A DNA stretch of 64,000 nucleotides. It comes from Chrysomallon squamiferum. Its lineage: Eukaryota; Animalia; Mollusca. The stretch is from positions 41,044,001 through 41,108,000 of the forward strand of contig CM022670.1 in the NCBI GenBank assembly GCA_012295275.1, written 5' to 3'. The notes under the pieces were generated by a model. That model saw only the letters and a program-made list of their open reading frames with translations, was not told where the DNA came from and did no database searches. Shown here piece by piece: positions 1 to 15,789 of this stretch; position 1 is the stretch's first letter; each line of letters starts with the position of its first letter. Position numbers and translations under genes: made by a program.

Positions 1-2835
1 AAACCTTTGCAATCAAAATACTTTTCTATTTTCAGTACAATATTATATGTTCTGAAAACAGAAGTATTTTAATTAATTATTAACTAAATAGTTTCAGTTT
101 ATTATGATTTATTTATGCTTTAATTATTTCTTCTTTAAAAAATATAAATTCATAAAAATAATAATGTAAAAGGTTAATGGAATGTAAAACTAATCTATAT
201 TTCACAGACTCCCCACAAATAAAATGATTCATTGCACAAATAATTTTAGAATTAAAAAACAATTCCTCTATTAATACAATATGTGGCAAGAATATAACCA
301 AGGCACCTCATCTAGATATGTAATACTTTAATAATAAAATAACCCTCGTCTAGATATGTAATTCTTTAATAATAAAATAACTCTCTCCACATTTAGACTA
401 AATGGATGTTAGTCTATATATTTTTTTTAAAACTAAGAAAAACTAGGTAACAATAAAATAGAAATTGGGGTATCCAGTAACATAACATTCTATAAAACTC
501 TGAGTAAATTTGAATATGCGGGTGTGAAAGGTTTCATGGCAAAAACAATAAATGCTAAATCTCAAAATCTGTCAATTCATGAACCAAGTGTCAGTCTAGT
601 TTTCTAAATAAATAATTTTAAAAATAAATAAATATATATATATATGTGTTTTTTTTTTTTTTTTTTAATATACTCATGACATTTCCCATTAACAAAATAT
701 GATGTTTCACAGTATAGTAATCATCATAAGATCAAACACAAAGTTGTTACTGGAATGTTTAAGATATATTTATTAATTTTGACCTGAAGCCCTTCACACA
801 TTTTTATATAATCAAAGGAATCTGCATAATTCAGGTGTAACACTGTATTTAAATAGTGAAAACAATAATTACTTTTTAAAAACCAACCTACCAGCAATAT
901 AAAAAAAATTAAAAAAAAAGTAAACCCAACAAAATTATGATTTACATAATTCAACATGATGATGAAATGCAAGTTAACACACACACAAAGTGTAAATAGC
1001 TTAACAAGATTTAAAAAATACAACACAAAAAACCAACTGCAGTGAAATTAATAAATATTTTTCAAACGATATGAAAACGTGTCACTGGGAAAATTTAAAT
1101 TTGCAAAAACATTATCCATGCATGTTCAAAACACATACATTTTTACATCCTATTTACATTCTAAAGAAATAAATAAATTATAATTTGAATGGAACATCAT
1201 AAACACAGCAAAACACCAACAATAAAATGCAATTAAAAAACAAAACTAAATGAGTATTATTATATCTACTGTGCTTGAAAATTATCTGATCATTATGGAA
1301 AACAATCTTTGTTTTGAAATTTTGGCTCTTTAATCATCTTTAATTTTGATTATTATGAATTGTACTGAGGTCTCATTTTATTGAATACAATCTGCACATG
1401 CTATCTTCTCCTGGGCTACCTGAGAACCATTATGCCATTTATTTTCTCTAACCTCCAATTCATTAAAACTCTCCTGGGCAAACCATCCAAGTTCTGAATT
1501 TACATGAATATTCAACATCATAATTTACTATCTAGAGCCTGATATAAAAGCATCATTATTGTAAATGTTTTAAATCACAGTCTGAAAATACAAAGGCAAA
1601 AAGAGATAAAACAGTATGAAAAACAATCTTGCTTTTGATTTATTTAGAATGTCGAAAACATTATGATGACTCAATTTTTAGAAGTTCTTTATCCTAAGAA
1701 AACAGAGAGGAAAATAATATTCCTGCTGATTTTGTGAGAATATTTTTCAAACATCATGTAGCTGAATTTTTGTAAGGTTTTTGTATCACCTTTATCATGA
1801 GAAAACATGAATTAATTACTATGCACTGTAATACCACTCCTGTTCCTACACAGTGGAGTCAGTGGAGAGGTAAAAGACCAGTTATACTCTTACATTTCTT
1901 TAACAAATCCTCAAACGCTGTTTCTAGTTACATAAACCCAGTCTGTGATATATCTTCACACATTTCACAGTAAACAGAGATACAATAAAAACAACAGAAA
2001 CCATCTTAGTAAGGAACCAAAATTAAATTAAAGCTATCTTTCAAATATACATTCCTCACCTGTTAGTGAGACACAAAGAATTTAGTTTGCTTTTCTTTTA
2101 GAACTGTTTCAACACAGCATTATTTTATACCCTGATTAGTGTGTCTGTTCAGACTAATCTGAACAGACACAACTCCATTGTTCTTTATTTATCTTTTGTT
2201 AATTCCCTTATTAATACTAATATGGTTGTTGTGCTGTTTTGTTTACATGATTTAAAAAAAAAAAAAAATTATTATGTAGTCACTGGACTAGATTTGCCAC
2301 TGAGGTATTTCCTGGGCTCCACAAATTGTTTATTAATAGTTTTGGTTTGTGTTTTCCTCTCTCTTTATATTTGCTATCTTTGTCCACAGCTGTATCAACA
2401 GAGAATCGTATTCTAAGTGTGTCTCTGAATGTTTCATTCCTTTCTTGAATATAAACAGTCTGCTTGACAAAACATTTGAAAAAACCCCAATTGAACTCAT
2501 AAACAACAACACAATCAAGTAACAACGATGATCAAAAGATAAAAGGCAATAATCTGTAACATAAATATACAAACAGAACACAATTAAAATTACAAAACGG
2601 GAGAAAAAAATTATAAATACAAAAGGAAATGAATCACAAAATAAATAATAAATACACGACTAGAACAAGTGTAGTAAGTAATAAATAGAAGTAAAAATCA
2701 CACAAACAAAATGTAAAACAATACTGTACGTGATGAATATCTAAAACAACGTAGCTAAATAGCTAAAATATTAAAACTTTTGGCATTAATGAAAATCACT
2801 GAAGTGCATAGTGAAGAATTAATCTTAGGCTAAGG

Positions 2836-5800
2836 TCAAAATATAAAGCTGTCGTACGTTGCTGCCCAGTAGACTGGGACGGACCAATGTGGCAGTTTGT
2901 TAATGAATGACCGCAGTGCGGGTGTGGTTTTCTTGTCTCCGTGGTGGTAGTGACCAGCAAAAGCTATGTCCACTATCGGCTCACTGTCAGGGTGTTTGTC
3001 ATCAACCTGTAACACAAGTAAATCTTATTTTTACACAAAATCTAGTAAGTAGTAATAAGAAAAGGCAAAAACTGAATATTTGTTTTATCTTACAGAGTGA
3101 GGTCTGACTGTTACTCCCCTGAATTATTATTTCCTATTCCAACTGATCATGCTTCAGATATATGTTCTGTATCTTTCTCTCTGTGGAAAGGTTTGTATAA
3201 TGAGTTTTTTTTTCTACTAACAAGTAAAAGACCACTGAACATTTTTATTACTATGCTGATAATATGCAAACTTTCTGAGATACTTCCACAGCATAATTTA
3301 CACAAAACATCAGTTTCTGAGGCATCATATTATCAGTAGTTTTATTCTGTGTGTTTTTAAAACTGGTATGCTCTCAATTATCTGGCATATCTTGTTTTCA
3401 ATCTGGCATATCTTGTTTGCTACTGATTTTATTTTGTTGAAAGTTATATTTCATGTGATTTGATTAATTAAAATAATAATAATAATAACAATAATACAAC
3501 AAAACAAAATATTGAGTAAGTTATACCTACTTAAAATGAGGATATTATTTTTTATTAATTTATTTTTTCCTTAGAAAACATATTCATAATTTTTTTTTTT
3601 TTTTTTTTTTTTTTTTGAACCAGACTTACATAAAACTCTACATTAAATTTCCAAATTCCTGACGAATCTTCACCGTGACTGTAGTATAGGAAGTATGTGG
3701 TCTGATTAAAGATAGGCTCAGTCTTTGTTGGGTTTGGATACCCATTCCCTACAGACCATCGCCTGAGACTGACACCGTTCCTTGGGGTGATGTAACAGTT
3801 CCGGTGGTCTGGTCCTTCAATACAAAACAACAGTTTTAATACAGATACATACTTTCTGGACTCTGTCTCTGTCTCTCTAAATTATTTATTCATTTTTTTT
3901 TTTTTTTTTTTTTTAGGATATAAAGTAAATACTTTGATTCTTAAACATCAGCAGAACATCACTCAGGAATCAGATATTATATAAATTTATTAAAAATAAA
4001 TAAATCTTTTATAGTTTATTTATATTTTCTTTTACTTTTTTTTTTTTTTTTTTTTAATGTATTGAGTTTTTAGTAGAGGAAAAAAAAAAAAAAATGATAA
4101 TAATAATAATATATACATACCAGAAACATGAAAAGTAATTTTTACAATATTGGAAGTCAGTGCTTCTTTTTTCACTAATTTCAGTATCAGCCTCTCTTTC
4201 AAGTTAAGGGGTGGGGCAGGTACTTCAACACAGTACCTACAAGTTAATTACAAGAATTCAATATTATTAATAAACTCAAAACATTAAAACTGAAAATAGT
4301 AAAATCTTATTGTTTCTAAATTGTAACTTTTTTCTTTGTATATTTTATTTAATTTCGTAATTAGTCAAACATAATATTAATTGTGATATATATAAATCAT
4401 ACTGAAAAAATGAACTAGTAAAATGGCAAAATTAATTAAAATTAATTATATTATAATAACAAATGATAATTCTGTTTAACATTTTAATATTAAATCAGTG
4501 AGTTGTGGTATTCATAAATGATAATGACAAGTTAAATAAAATCAATACAAGCTATGACAGCAGTAATGAAAAGTGTATTTCAACCTTTCCGTCAACAGGA
4601 TAATGATGATAAGCAAGACAAGACTGAACTTACCCAGGTCGATACATTGTAACGACAGGCAGGATGTAAGGTCGGCCGCAGTACGTCCCCTCACACTGGA
4701 CTTCGGTGGAATTCATGAACACGTCAGGATTGTGTTTCTCAATCAACCTCGTACCATGAAAGTCAAACGGAATGTACCAGATAGATGATTTACTCTCAAA
4801 TTTATCATCAGCAGCATGGAATCGACGATCGAGATGCTGGTTTATGACAAAATACAATAATAATTAAGTAATGCAAATATAATAAATTTAAAGCTTAGAG
4901 ATATTTGAACACATACACATAAACAAACATGCATATAACACACACACACACACACACAAACACAGATGACATAGATATGTGTTTATAAACTCAACAACAC
5001 ACAAGTAAATCTAATACTTATAGAAAAAGAATTAAAAACTTACTAAAATGTAAGATTTTTGCTGTGAGCCAACTGTTTTGTCAGATGTGAATGGAAATCC
5101 AAGTGGAGTCAGCAATAATGTTGCTATGCCAACGAGTGAAACAATGGCCATGCCAATAACAACATTACGCATTCTCCGACAGATATACACCAGCCCTATC
5201 TATAATAACAACATTTTTAATTAGAAACACAACCAGAAGGTCTTGTCATATTATCTTAGTTCCTCAAAACAACAAGAAAAATATTAAATATCTATAGATA
5301 ATAAATATTTAATAAAGATACAATAAAGTTGTATCGAAATTAAATGTATTTCTAATGATAAAAGATTTTTATTATTAAATATTTCTTAGCAAGTCTGATT
5401 AAATTAATATCATACAAAATCATATTATTTTTTTATTACTATTATAATCTTATTACTCTTACTTCAATATTATTTCAAGAAAAGTAATCAGTATTACATT
5501 TCAAACAAATTTTAACAGAATACAAAGCAAATACTACTAAATATCCACTGAAAAATTAAAATATTTCTCAAAAAATATTTACTTACAAACGTAAATTCAG
5601 AAAAGAATTTGTTTACCCTTTGTTTTTTAAAAACAATGTTTTAATTAACAAATTACTGAATAAAAGATAAACATGAGAAAACATCCCAATTCAAGTTTTA
5701 TTTTATATCAATTTAAAAATGCATTAACAAATAAATTAAAAAAGTTAAAAAGTAAATATATTAAAAAATAAATATAAAATATGTAACCTTGACTAAATAT

Positions 5801-7135
5801 ATTAAAAAATATATATATATGAACTGTTATACTTACATGAGGAGTTAGGTAAATGATAACAGTCAGAGCTGTCATGATTGCTATGGTAATTTCAGGATTG
5901 ACAGCAGGAAGTCTGCCCATTATTGGTATGAACAACATAAACACTGTGTGAGTTATGTAAACATGGTAGACAGCTGGGATGAATATGGCACCTACATTCA
6001 CAGCAAATAATGTTCTTGAATTGCCTGAAATTTAAAAGATTTATAACTGGTTTAATGTTTTATATTATAAGAATTTTTTTAAAGCAAAACTTTTTGTATT
6101 TCACAAAATATCTACTGTTATGGATGACAGAGATAATAATAAGAAGAAGAAAGGAAAATATATGCCACTAGCACAGTGGGTTAGTCTTTTAAAATGCACC
6201 TTCCCATGGAAAGTAAAAGACATACTGTGACTTTTAAAATCTGGCTAGTAGCACTGAGCAAGCAGATGTTATTAAAATTTAAAATAAAGAAATCCTTAGT
6301 GGTTTACCTTTTTCATGTATTATTTTTTTGTTATTGGGTTCTTTCTATACTTTTATTTTATATTATTGGGGTTTTCTGGTGGACTGTAAATTTATTTATT
6401 TTTAATTTTTATTTAGATTTATTTTATTTATTTATTATTTCTTTTTTAATCATGCTTCAGTTTTCTTCAAGAAATGGGATTGTTTTTAATATTCCTTTAC
6501 ATTTATCATCATTATTATTGAAGGTTTTTTGAGGGTGGGTTAAATTTTGTTTTTTTAATATTGGCTTGTGCTTCTTTAAGAAATAAATTAAACACATTCA
6601 TAATGTTAATGGAATGAAAAAAATCACATAAATTACAATATTTACCAGACATTGCACGCTTCATGAATTTGTAGAGAACAGTTCGTACTAGTCCTGGAAA
6701 AACTATCCACAGCAATGCGAAGTAGCTAGACATGATTTTGTTGTAGGTGAGCAAAGCTAAAAATAGCATCCATATAAAGAGATTGGCGTCAAAAAAGAGA
6801 CTCTCTGTCTTCCATCCACTCCAGTCCTGCCAAAGAGTCAACATTTTAAAACTGGTTTTAAAATCAAACAGTGAATTTTATTCTTTAACTGATCAAATTT
6901 ATTATCACTGGCCCTTTTGATATCAAAGTATATGTGTAGGATCAAAATCAGTTTTACAAAATGACATAAATTTGGTTTTCACTGTCTTAATTTTCAAAAT
7001 AAATGTTTTTGATACACTGCCACCTTTGCTGGTCCTAATCTATATAACCATTTTGTTATCTGCATGAAGAAATCTTTATATTAAGTGGCTGAAGTGATAA
7101 ATTGCAAAATCTAACTAATTCTAAAAACATTTTCA

Positions 7136-7167
<32 letters not shown>

Positions 7168-7753
7168 GTAAAATTAGTACCAAAAATAGCTTTAATCAAA
7201 AACCTGTTACTATAAAACTCACCTTATAAATTTTACGTTTGAGGAAGATATGAAAGGCAAGTGAACTGGCCGTTCCAGGCAGGATGAACAGCCAGATAAG
7301 ATTAAACTTGTGAGTGAACCACGACATTGTTCTCCCCAACAACAAAACCATCCCGGCCATCAACAGTATGCATGCCAATGTAATCAGCCAAGTGACAGTA
7401 ACAGCAAGAACAGCAACCAACAATCTGAACAGGTAGTTCTGAAATCCAACTGAAAAAAAAAAAAAATAAATCAGCGTTTGTGTTATGTTGAATGTACATA
7501 ACAAACACTTGTCAACAGATGATAAAACATGTCTACTCAGAATACAAGTGTTATAATCCACAGGACACAAACAAAAATTTTAAATAAAAAATAATCAGAT
7601 GGCTTGAATTTTTAAATCATTTTGTTCTACAACTGGGTTTCACCTGTAATATTTCCTTTAAATAATAAACAAGAACCTTTGAAAGTAGGAAAATTTAATT
7701 TTCTGAAATGCTATTCTTAATAAGCAACAAATTTTAACAAATAATAATTAAAC

Positions 7754-7784
<31 letters not shown>

Positions 7785-8739
7785 TCAGTAGTCTGGATTT
7801 GAACTCAAGACCTGATCATCATGATGGTCGAGCAGGGTTGGATATATACTCTACCTTTACCACTTGACACTTTTTTCCCAAAATAGATTAACATCACCAC
7901 CACAACCAACCAGTTAATGATGATGGCCACTTGCTGTGGGTAGTACACCATGAACAGACCAATGAAATCAAAGAACACCATGTTGCCATGTTTGTCATCT
8001 CCTGGGTCAATGACCTGTGAACTTGTTGCCAGTGTTTTCAGTAGAGACATCAAGTTTTCACCTGTAAGATTAATACAGATTTTATAGTTTTCAATAGTGA
8101 AAACAATAATAAAGTTTTTGTTAAAAAGATCTAGTTTTCATCTAGAACAAAACCAATAAAAACATCAAATTTTTTCATCTGGAACAAAAATATTACTCAT
8201 TTCAATAAAAAAAAACATTGTTTTTACCGGGACCAAGGCAACTGAAATAAATACTGCAATTTCATTAATACAAAATGATGTATATCTTGAAAAAAGAAAA
8301 GAAACGTCAGTGTTTATGTCAGGCTCTGAATAATTCATGGAACTTAAATAAAAATCGTATAAATCATGTCATACCTCCTCGCTGCATGCAGCCTGGTGCG
8401 ACCATGTCTGCGATGTCGTTGGATGTGTGGTACACGAAGCCATTCTGTATGTGAGCAATGTCGAGACCTGTACAACATTACAAGCAGAATACTGCATCCT
8501 AGAAACACAACATACATAAACACAATGTTTTAACTAAACTACTCGTGTCTTATGTTTTTCTTCTTAAGTGTTTCGGCCTTTTCTCTTCTTTTTTTACTTT
8601 TATCAAAATACATATATTTTTTTTTAAACTTTTGTTCATCAGAAAATGTAAAAAAAAAAATTAAAAGTTTAATGCACATTAAATATTTAGAGATTTAAAT
8701 TTAATTTGAATTCTTCCCCAGACGCACACAAGCATACAC

Positions 8740-8775
<36 letters not shown>

Positions 8776-11700
8776 CAAGCATTAATCCTGTCACAAACTA
8801 TTACTCATTAGAGTAAATGTGCAAATAAGCATGTTTTCATTTTCTGGTTTGATGGATACATGTATGATGTTACAAGATAATTAACATAAATTTCAAATTA
8901 GAAGGCAGATGGTATTTCAACTGCATAAAAGTAAATTTAATATAATTCTATAAATATTTCATAATTCAAATTTCTTTACATTAGGGTGCAAATGTGGAAC
9001 ATGATGATTATCTGAATGAATAAAAGAATGACAACTATTTTTTTTTTTTTTTTTCTTTTTTTTTTTTTTTAATGCAATGATGTTTGATTACCAGCCTTGA
9101 AATATTATCAAAAATAGGAAATAGCCCTTTCGGTACTTTACAACATTTTATCCTGCAACGTAACTCAAACATAGACTGAAATAACAGAAAAAACAAAACA
9201 TACCTGCAATGTTTCCAAAGTCTCTGAATATACGATAGTCAGTGTCTGATGGTATAAGACCAGAATTGAAGAGTTCCTGACTGAACACAGAACCACAGGG
9301 GTACACAGCTGAGCTAGCATACGCTTTCACTAGCCATGGATGTTCAGGACCTGCAGAAGTAAACACGAATCAAAGTAAAATATTCACCTGATAAATCCTT
9401 CAGATATTAAAGACTTTAGAAATCAAATTAATATTAGTTTTATCAAAGGACATTTAAATTTTATATTATTTTTTACCTCAAAAATTTAACACATATGCAT
9501 GCATTTTATATGAATTATGGATGTTCATGACTTAGAGAAATAAACACTTATCTCCTTCAGATATCAAAAATATTAGAAATTAATTTTATTTTATTTTGTT
9601 GAAGGAAATTTATTGTTTGTATTATTTTTTCAAAAAAGGAAACATATACACATGTATTTTAATAATTAGTGTAATATTTTATATGAATTTTTTAATGTCC
9701 TTTCACATATGTATATTAATTTAAATTTTTATATAATACATCTCAAAATGTTTAAATATAAAATAGAGTCTATAAGTATAAATATTTTCAAATAGAAAAT
9801 AATAATCAAATTTTGTAAAATAAATCTTCTAAGTTAGACTAGTAACTATTACAATTTGATAATAAAATGATCGTGAGAATGTGATATTAATGTGAAGGAT
9901 TTATGTATATACCTGTCTGAAAAACAATTTCCCATCCTCCAGCACCTGCAGAATCCAAATTAACAAATGCTCCAATATTTTTGGCCCATGGATGTTGTGT
10001 AATAAACCCATGGCTTGCCTTTAAAGGAAAACAAAGAAGAAAAAAACCTATAATGTGAGTTTTCAAGTTTTTGATTTCCACCTATCTAATTTGTTTTTGT
10101 TTGAAGTTAACTATTTTTATTTATTTTTTAAATTCTGTTTGTATTTTTATTTTCTATAAGAATGAGGCATGCAGCAAATAACAGTATTCATAAAAGTGCT
10201 CTAAAACACACATTAGGATTAACAGTTATCAGTTTCATCAATGAATCAAAAGAATAAGATATATATAAACCACTTTTTAACAAAATATCAGAACAGAAAA
10301 CTTTAGTTCAGTACTTGACAAAAAAAGAAAACAAAAATAAAACACTTGTTTACACTGTTAAAATGTACATATGAATGTTTTATGAAAAATACCTGCATGA
10401 TGTCTTCCTCTGCACCATTAAACAGAAAGATAATTTCATGTGTGAGAGGTTCATCTTGCTGTGACAGAGCTCGTAGAATTTCCAACATCAGACAACAGCT
10501 TACAGCACTGTCACTGGCTCCTAGCAACAGAACCACACCAAAATGTATTTACCCACATACACGTAAGACAATGTATATATAGAAAAACAGATCTTATTAA
10601 TAAAACTACAATCTATATAAGAAAATAGATCTCTTTAATGATTAGCCAATTAATAAATCTATCTTTATTTCAAGTAATTCAGGATAAAACTGTAATTTTG
10701 TCATCTGGTACACGTTTAAATGTCTTCCATATTGCTCTAGAGAGGGAAAATGGGAGTTTTATGATTAGTCAATTCAAAAAAAAAAAAAAAAAAAAAAAAA
10801 ATATCATGTTATGAATACAAGCAGATGGTTCATAGTCATATCTAAAACTGATACTAACATGAGAGGTATAAGACCTTAAAACGTTTCTCTTTTCTTTAAC
10901 TTAATTTTCAGCAATGTTTTATATAGATCAACCTGGTGCTGTGCTATAAGCTCAGAATATACATTTTTCAACTGCTAATAAACAATTTTAAAAACATAGC
11001 TATGTTTAAAATAATAAAAGAAACCTCATTGTAGATTCAGTTTGTTAAATACAATGATTATGAAGGCTGTAAAAACTACATTTGGATAATATAATATTAA
11101 TAAATTAGTTCTAAAAGATAAAAAACAAAACATTATTTTCATTAATTATGTTTTTAAATGATGCTTAAAAATAATCAATGAAAATACAAATATGTCATAT
11201 CTATATATAAAAAAAATAATTGAGAGAGAGAGTGTGTGTGTGTGTGTGTGTCCATAAAGTATGTATGGTTATTTTGTTGATTTTCTGTTGAAACTAAATC
11301 CATATATCCCTTCCCAATATATTTTCTACTACACCCACAGCAGACATTAAACAAGTTGATGATGATCATTTCTAACAAAACATATAATCAAAAGCAGATT
11401 TATTTTATCTCCAGTCTAGATTGACAATCCAGAAGACTATACAAAAAATTTAAAAAATAAAAATTTTAAATGACAATTGTTATCATTAAAGAGTGCAAAG
11501 TACATTTCTATGTCTTAGTGACTTCTCATTACCTTCTAGCACTAAAGAACAAATACAAATTTCAAGGTGTGATATTTTTTAAATATAAAAACAAATGTTT
11601 AAAATTTTTTATAAAAAAATTATTAAGCAATCTAAATCAAACACCGAAAAATTAAAATTGATCAAGAATTAATAATTCAGCTGAAGTTAAATCATAATAA

Positions 11701-12349
11701 GAAGAAAGAAGAAGTAAAAAAAAGGAATTAAAGGAGATGATTGGATGTAGAATTTGTTAAGACTGGGATATTTACCTGGACTGTCTATCACAGAGTCGTA
11801 ATGACAGTTTATCAGTACACTGTGCTCTGCTGGTTTCTTTGGTGAAAGTTTTGCAATGACATTGACCACATTTTCATACACATTAGTAAACTCTCCCATG
11901 CCGATGAAATCCAATGCTAAGGATCCTGAAGTTGTCTGAACATCAACTGTGACCATTTTGGATGGTTTTGTATGTTTGGCAATTTTATTCAACTGGTCAG
12001 AAATGTACTTTTGGGCTTGAATGGCTTCAGCACTTCCAGCCACTCTTGCTCCTGGACCAGTAATTTTGTTTAAATGGTTGCGAGCATGTTCTTCTATGAA
12101 ATCTGTTTTCAGAGAACCTCTCACCATTTTTGCATCTGGGTAAGAATGAACACGAATGTTTATAACAGTAACCAACGCACAGTAAAATATTGCTAGGGAG
12201 AAAAACACCAAACGTCCATCCAGCTCCTTGCTATTTCTTTTTTTGATCAGATTTATATTATCTGAAATCACTGTACCATTCCATGATGATGATTCATTGT
12301 ATTCAGAATTACCACTGCCAACAATGCGTCTTTGCCGTAACGGTTCCAT
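2836..12349 (-). CDS. ERMP1: Endoplasmic reticulum metallopeptidase 1 (M28 peptidase, multi-pass membrane), about 891-893 aa, 14 coding exons: 11776-12349, 10393-10520, 9913-10018, 9204-9350, 8375-8467, 7855/7861-8061, 7223-7449, 6646-6826, 5837-6024, 5044-5199, 4634-4836, 4121-4236, 3630-3814, 2836-3006
   Basis: All exons have GT-AG ends and join in frame. M28 motifs present: [73 protein letters not shown]. Several TM exons and a typical ERMP1 C-terminus (GHYHHG...LPHWS) follow; TGA at 2836-2838. Confidence 0.95.
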
Positions 12350-14077
12350 TCTAAATGTAATAAAAATGAAAAAAAAATAAAAATCACTGATAATGGCAGA
12401 TTATACTCAACAACAACATTAACTGAAAAAGAAACAAAATTAATTCTTTGAAATTCATTAGTTTTAATTAAAGTACATTTCTATAAATTAATGCTAAATA
12501 ATCTCAGTTGTTTCAATATATAAGTTTACAGTATACAACATGTTATCAACAAGTAGAAGTAATTCATTTATGCACACACTATTTATGGAACAGCTTGCTT
12601 AAATCATGGCACATAAATTTAAATACTCGTGTCCACTAGGTTAATTTCAGTGTCTCATAGCATTAAATACTGTGATACAGTTTGTTCACTAAATAACAAG
12701 ATACTGAAAAGGCAAGGAGAAAAACATGAAACAAAACATACTAAGATTAATCACAGAGGTTTTCAGGGTCACTGAAATCCAAATGAATATAATTCATAAA
12801 ATGCAGTAAATAATATTGAATATGCATATGACAGACTCATTAAATAAAACTACACAATTTGTTCATGTCATAATAATTTACAACATATAATATAAACAGT
12901 CTGTACAATAAAATTAATGAAAACAAACATTAAAAATTAAAAAATATATATATATTTACACACACACATATATTAAGGAAATATCTAAATTTTTCTATTT
13001 TCAAAATATTTGGTTAAAAAAACAACAAATGCTGTCAACACAATCTGTCAAGTGATGAGTTCTTGTTTTCATCTGTCAGCGGAAAATATTAATTGTTTTT
13101 TTTTTTTGGGTTTTTTTTTAAGCCTGAATCAGTTACACTTGTTTGCTTTGACAAAATAAACCATCTTAGCAACATCACAGTGTAAGAAGTTTAACCTAAC
13201 CTTTCCTAATTACAAATTATTCGACAGACTAATTTAAAAAATTAAATATTCTAAAATTACTTAAAATAGTTAATACTATATGATAATACAGATAGAATAT
13301 TTCAACCATATTTTTAGATAAATTTAATTCTAGAGTATTTAATTAAACTTATGTTTTTTTACTGGTTTTTTAAATTTATTATAGTTCCAAGTTATCTTAT
13401 AAATGCAAAGGACTTTTTTATTCTCTACAAAGTTTTTGCTGTGATCTTTTTCACTTAAATAGAAGTTAATGAAGCAGAAAAATAATATATAGGTACACTT
13501 AGAAACGTATATAAATAAGCAATGAAATAATGTAATTATAGATTTAATTTTTCAAGTCCAATAACCAAATATTGGTAATCTTACAATTCTGGTTTATAGC
13601 TTGATAATAAAATAAAATATTTAATTTTATTTTTTTATTAATTTTTTTTTAATTTAATTTATTATTATTATTATTTTTATTATTTATTTATTTATTTATT
13701 TATTTATTATTCTTCTTCTTCAGTAAGTGCCATCCACAGTCCTGTATGGTTTTTTTATTTTTTATTTTTAATTTTTTTTTTTTTTTTTTTTTTTTTAATT
13801 ATTATTTACTTTTAACTTTTTTTTTTTTTTTTTTTTTTTTGATTAATATATAAATATATATACTTTTTTTTTTCTTTTTTTTTAACAATACTGAGTTCCC
13901 AATAGTAGCTGGGGAAATGATGAAAAAGCGGATTGATTCTGGGACGAATCTGATACGATTCTGCGATGATAAAAATGCAGAATTCTACGGAACGGTCACG
14001 TTTGCTATTTATAAATAAAAAAATTAATTAAAACACAGCTGGAATACTAACTATATAAATAGTCTAAATCTACTTAC

Positions 14078-14230
14078 CAATTCAATAAATTTTAAAGACA
14101 AAATATGCACCAGCAACCTAGCGTCCCACTTAATTTTTACGTTCGTCTATTTACGCTAGATATCATTACCTCTCGCCGTAAATCGACGTGTTGCAGTAAT
14201 AAAATTCCGCTGAGCAGACCACGCAAAAAG
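14078..14230 (-). other. Probable non-coding first exon (5'UTR) of ERMP1; 5' limit approximate
   Basis: The ERMP1 ATG exon has an acceptor AG at 12351-12352, one base before the ATG. A consensus donor (TTG|GTAAGT) lies at 14077/14078 beside a CpG-containing promoter-like patch. Confidence 0.5.
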
Positions 14231-15789
14231 AGTTCATAATTTATACTATTGTGTTAATAATATGATAAGCATGTTGTATTTACTTTGCTAATATTGTTTG
14301 TAATTAAATCATTACTGATTGAATCAGCTATGAAGTTAACTTTTTATTTTTGACTGAAATAGGCTTTTAACTATACATTATATTAATGTATTCATCCACC
14401 TTTCGCGGTAATTACAAAATTATTTTGCAGAATTTTACCAACAGTAGTTTCTGCACGTCACTGCATTTCCAGTCAGCATGGTTTTCAAATCACCGTAATA
14501 TATATAAATAAATTAAACACTGTCCATACCTAGATATGTGTTTATTTATAAAATATATATATATATATATGCGTGTTATTTCCTTAACGTTCACGTAATC
14601 ATTTGGTCAACTTGTATATAAAGATACAATAGATTAATACTGAAAACTGTAGACAGGGATAATTACGAACCATAAACAAATTTAAATTAACTGACAATAG
14701 CTACGTTTCTATAACAAAGATCAGTTCAGAAATTGTGTTACCAACGGCTAATTAACTATAAAAGTTTGTGAATAGCTTTTCGTTGTCTGCGTTATTTCCT
14801 TTCGTTCAGAACTGCAGTATGAATAATAGCCAAATGTATGCACTGATTATCTCTGTAAATTGTTAATAAAGTACTACTAACACATTTTCTTCTTCTTCAT
14901 TATCAAATAAAGTACCATTTCAGCATAAATATAAATAAGATAAGTCTAAAATATCAGGCTACTTTATCCTTCGGGCCATAATATAACTAAGTGTCTAGAC
15001 TCTAGAATAACAATAATAAAATAATAAAATAATAAAATAAAAAATAGATAAAAGAAAAATAAAGTTTAATGAGTAAATAAGTAATTTAAAGCTGTTAAAT
15101 AAAAGCTATAAAAATATAATTATCACAATCAGTTTGAGATCATTGTAAACCAGCATTCTTAAAGTTTCCAACTGGAGGGGGGGATGAAAATATGCTTTCC
15201 ATTTCCAACATATTAAATTAACAGAAATTATGCAAACTCATGGAAGCTGATTAATTAACCAAAGACGTTAGAAGGCCGCGGTCGAGATACCGACATCATC
15301 ACTCCTGCCAGTGTTATGTTCCCCGCCATCTAAGACTATTTTATCAATATATTCACAAATTCAGTTTTATTTATATAGATGTACATATTTTAGTACTTAA
15401 CCTATATGTGACGTCACGAGAAAAGTTAGGATGATAAGTCAAGCATGAGTTGATGAGCAAAATTTATTAAATTAAGACCGTCATTTTTTTAAATGATTGT
15501 AATATATAAATATAGAAATAGAAATATTATTTCCTTCCATTGGACCATATACTAGTTAAAACTAATTAAAATATGCCTTGATTATCAAAACTGATATAAG
15601 GGTTATCTGCTGGTTACAAAAAGAAATAATAATAATAACAACAACAACAATAAATAAATAAGTAAATATCTTAAAATCGATTGTTTAGCTACCACGCCAT
15701 CTAGGCATTAATTTTCGACATTTGACCCGGAAGTATTTGGGAACATACGGAGGAACTACACAGCGTAGTACAAATCCAAATTTGTGAGA
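14230..15789. promoter_or_regulatory. Divergent ERMP1/ZRANB2 promoter region
   Basis: Lies between head-to-head genes. Contains CRE TGACGTCA at 15409-15416, ETS CCGGAAGT at 15727-15734 and YY1-like CGCCATCT near 15324 and 15695. Confidence 0.5.

Noticed and set aside
305-381. Two copies of a ~38-bp unit (CCTC.TCTAGATATGTAAT.CTTTAATAATAAAATAAC)
   Set aside because: Ordinary short tandem duplication with no functional signal.
113-2581. Short ORFs downstream of ERMP1
   Set aside because: AT-rich 3'UTR/intergenic sequence with no homology or exon structure recognised.
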